Positions 62,191 to 64,000 of a DNA stretch of 64,000 bases are shown here, piece after piece. The stretch covers positions 496,001 through 560,000 of the forward strand of contig NIVC01000176.1 of assembly GCA_002269645.1 (NCBI GenBank), read 5' to 3'. Source of the stretch: Macrostomum lignano (Eukaryota). The notes beneath the pieces were generated by a model, which saw only the letters and a list, made by a program, of their open reading frames with translations, ran no database searches and was not told the DNA's origin. A program made the translations under genes and the position numbers. Position 1 is the stretch's first letter. The number at the start of each line of letters is the position of its first letter.

Positions 62191-63477
62191 TTGGATACTT
62201 AATGAAGGTTTACTGTAAATTGTCAGTTTTCGGCACCCAATTGTATAGAACCACCAGTCCAAGTCTCTATAAAAGAGACAGAGATAGAAGTCCCTGACTG
62301 TTCGCATTGGGTCTTCTTTTTGTGCAGCGGGCAGAAGGAGCAGCAGGAATCGGATTTCGTTGCATTGTCCTTGTCTTCTGCACAGCTTCATTTGAAGAGA
62401 TGGAGAAGAAACTCAAGCAAGTTCAGAAATCATATTTTGGAGGAGAGCAAAGTATCAAATGCCTCCGCTCTTGTTCCAGGCAGTCTGCATTGTCTTCTTT
62501 TGCTTCTTGCTTGAACAGTTTTTTCTTCTCCTGGGGGTGGGGGTGGATGCTGCTTTTCAATTTCTTGGGGCCTTGCTCGCGCGAGGAGCCGCAATTCATA
62601 GAGATGCTTTTCATCGCGGAAGCAGTTAGGCCTCATTAAGTGGAGATGCTGAGGGGACATTGCTCCCCGCGCGTGCAGATTTGGGATCGGGTTTGTTGTT
62701 TTGAGGAAGCTGGGCTTGAGTGGAGAAGGATTCAGCCTCATCATTAGCCAGACAGTTTGAGCTTTGCAACAGATTTTTTTCCTGTCTATAGAAGAAGAAG
62801 AACTCAATGGTCGGGCTGCGCGGCAGGCCAAGTGGAAGAAGATTGAAGACTTTCACGGCTACTCACGCACCAGCGCTGCCGCCGCCCGAACTCGAGGAAT
62901 CCCAGGCAGCTCAGGGGGGGGGCGGCAATTAATCGCCTTTTAGCTCCCGTCTCTCTCTCTCGATCTCATTTCCAAGAAACAAAGGAAATCCTTCTCTTCC
63001 TTCGTCTCTTCGTTTCTGTTTTTTAAATATAATGGGGGCGGCTTTCTGTTGCCCCTCCCGGGTGTCCTGCTGTGAGGCAAAGGGGAGCTCAATCTGGGGA
63101 AAAAATTAGCTAATCCTCGTTTCCCTGTCCAGGCTCCAGACTGCTTCATCAGGATAGTATGGGGGTATGGAACTCGGAATATTCTTCTTTCAATCGTTTC
63201 TTTCACCGATACACCTGCGGAAGACTTGGATAACGAAGTTAGCCATCAAAGTTCCCAATCCTTCTGAGCAGCCCTTATGCTTCGATTGAGTTTTGAGAAA
63301 TTAATCGCAGAAACAGACGCTTTCCTTCCCCTGCCTGTGCGCTCTGCCGAGCTCTCTCCTGGGAAATTGGTAATTCACATCATGGTGGGGAGAACTCCTA
63401 TTATTCTCCCAGCTGACATTTTATGCCGAATCATGTCCCCCATCCAAAATTCCTAATTGACGATCTCAGCTCCCCGA

Positions 63478-64000
63478 TCCCAGATCCCAAATCCCAGATC
63501 CCGAATCCCAGATCCCGAATCCCAGATCCCGAATCCCAGATCCCGAATCCCAGATCCCGAATCCCAGATCCCGAATCCCAGATCCCGAATCCCAGATCCC
63601 GAATCCCAGATCCCGAATCCCAGATCCCGAATCCCAGATCCCGAATCCCAGATCCCGAATCCCAGATCCCGAATCCCAGATCCCGAATCCCAGATCCCGA
63701 ATCCCAGATCCCGAATCCCAGATCCCGAATCCCAGATCCCGAATCCCAGATCCCGAATCCCAGATCCCGAATCCCAGATCCCGAATCCCAGATCCCGAAT
63801 CCCAGATCCCGAATCCCAGATCCCGAATCCCAGATCCCGAATCCCAGATCCCGAATCCCAGATCCCGAATCCCAGATCCCGAATCCCAGATCCCGAATCC
63901 CAGATCCCGAATCCCAGATCCCGAATCCCAGATCCCGAATCCCAGATCCCGAATCCCAGATCCCGAATCCCAGATCCCGAATCCCAGATCCCGAATCCCA
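63478..64000. repeat. Homogeneous 14-bp satellite (CCCAGATCCCGAAT)n running off the window end
   Basis: About 37 essentially identical copies. Confidence 0.98.

Noticed and set aside
56600-63400. Assorted 60-130 aa ORFs in GC-rich unique DNA (e.g. 59395-59760, 61106-61468, 62430-62831)
   Set aside because: No domain motifs and no phase-consistent splice chain that I could support. They may be UTR, promoter or a giant intron, and need RNA-seq.
63478-64000. Terminal repeat as a telomere
   Set aside because: The 14-bp unit does not resemble TTAGGG/CCCTAA, and the window edge is arbitrary.

Overview
Eukaryotic genomic DNA with spliceosomal introns, polyQ-rich coding sequence and very dense minisatellites. 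The style suggests a Macrostomum-like flatworm, which is inference only. I could reconstruct five protein-coding genes by hand. (1) A 9-exon minus-strand TTC31-like gene (15433->3976, ~677 aa) with the architecture J-like domain (HPE instead of HPD)-acidic-coiled coil-polyQ-3xTPR-UBA-RRM. (2) A plus-strand coiled-coil gene (~16576-22672) with an uncertain 5' end. (3) An intronless minus-strand C2HC zinc-finger/CxVxL-motif ORF (24346-25935). (4) U1-70K/SNRNP70 (32951-35753). (5) CHMP1 (37233-38591), which has a GC-AG intron. Most large introns are filled by their own private minisatellite. Several MITEs (hAT, PIF/Harbinger, one palindromic) and a CORE-type SINE fragment are present. I found no supportable exon in 38.9-64 kb, which is dominated by tandem arrays. 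The two most striking observations are a cluster of eight perfect GGTAAGT U1-binding donor motifs in the 1.1 kb upstream of the U1-70K start codon (a candidate autoregulatory U1 sensor) and the J-like/TPR/UBA/RRM fusion protein. Nearly all long ORFs in the supplied track are tandem-repeat artefacts.
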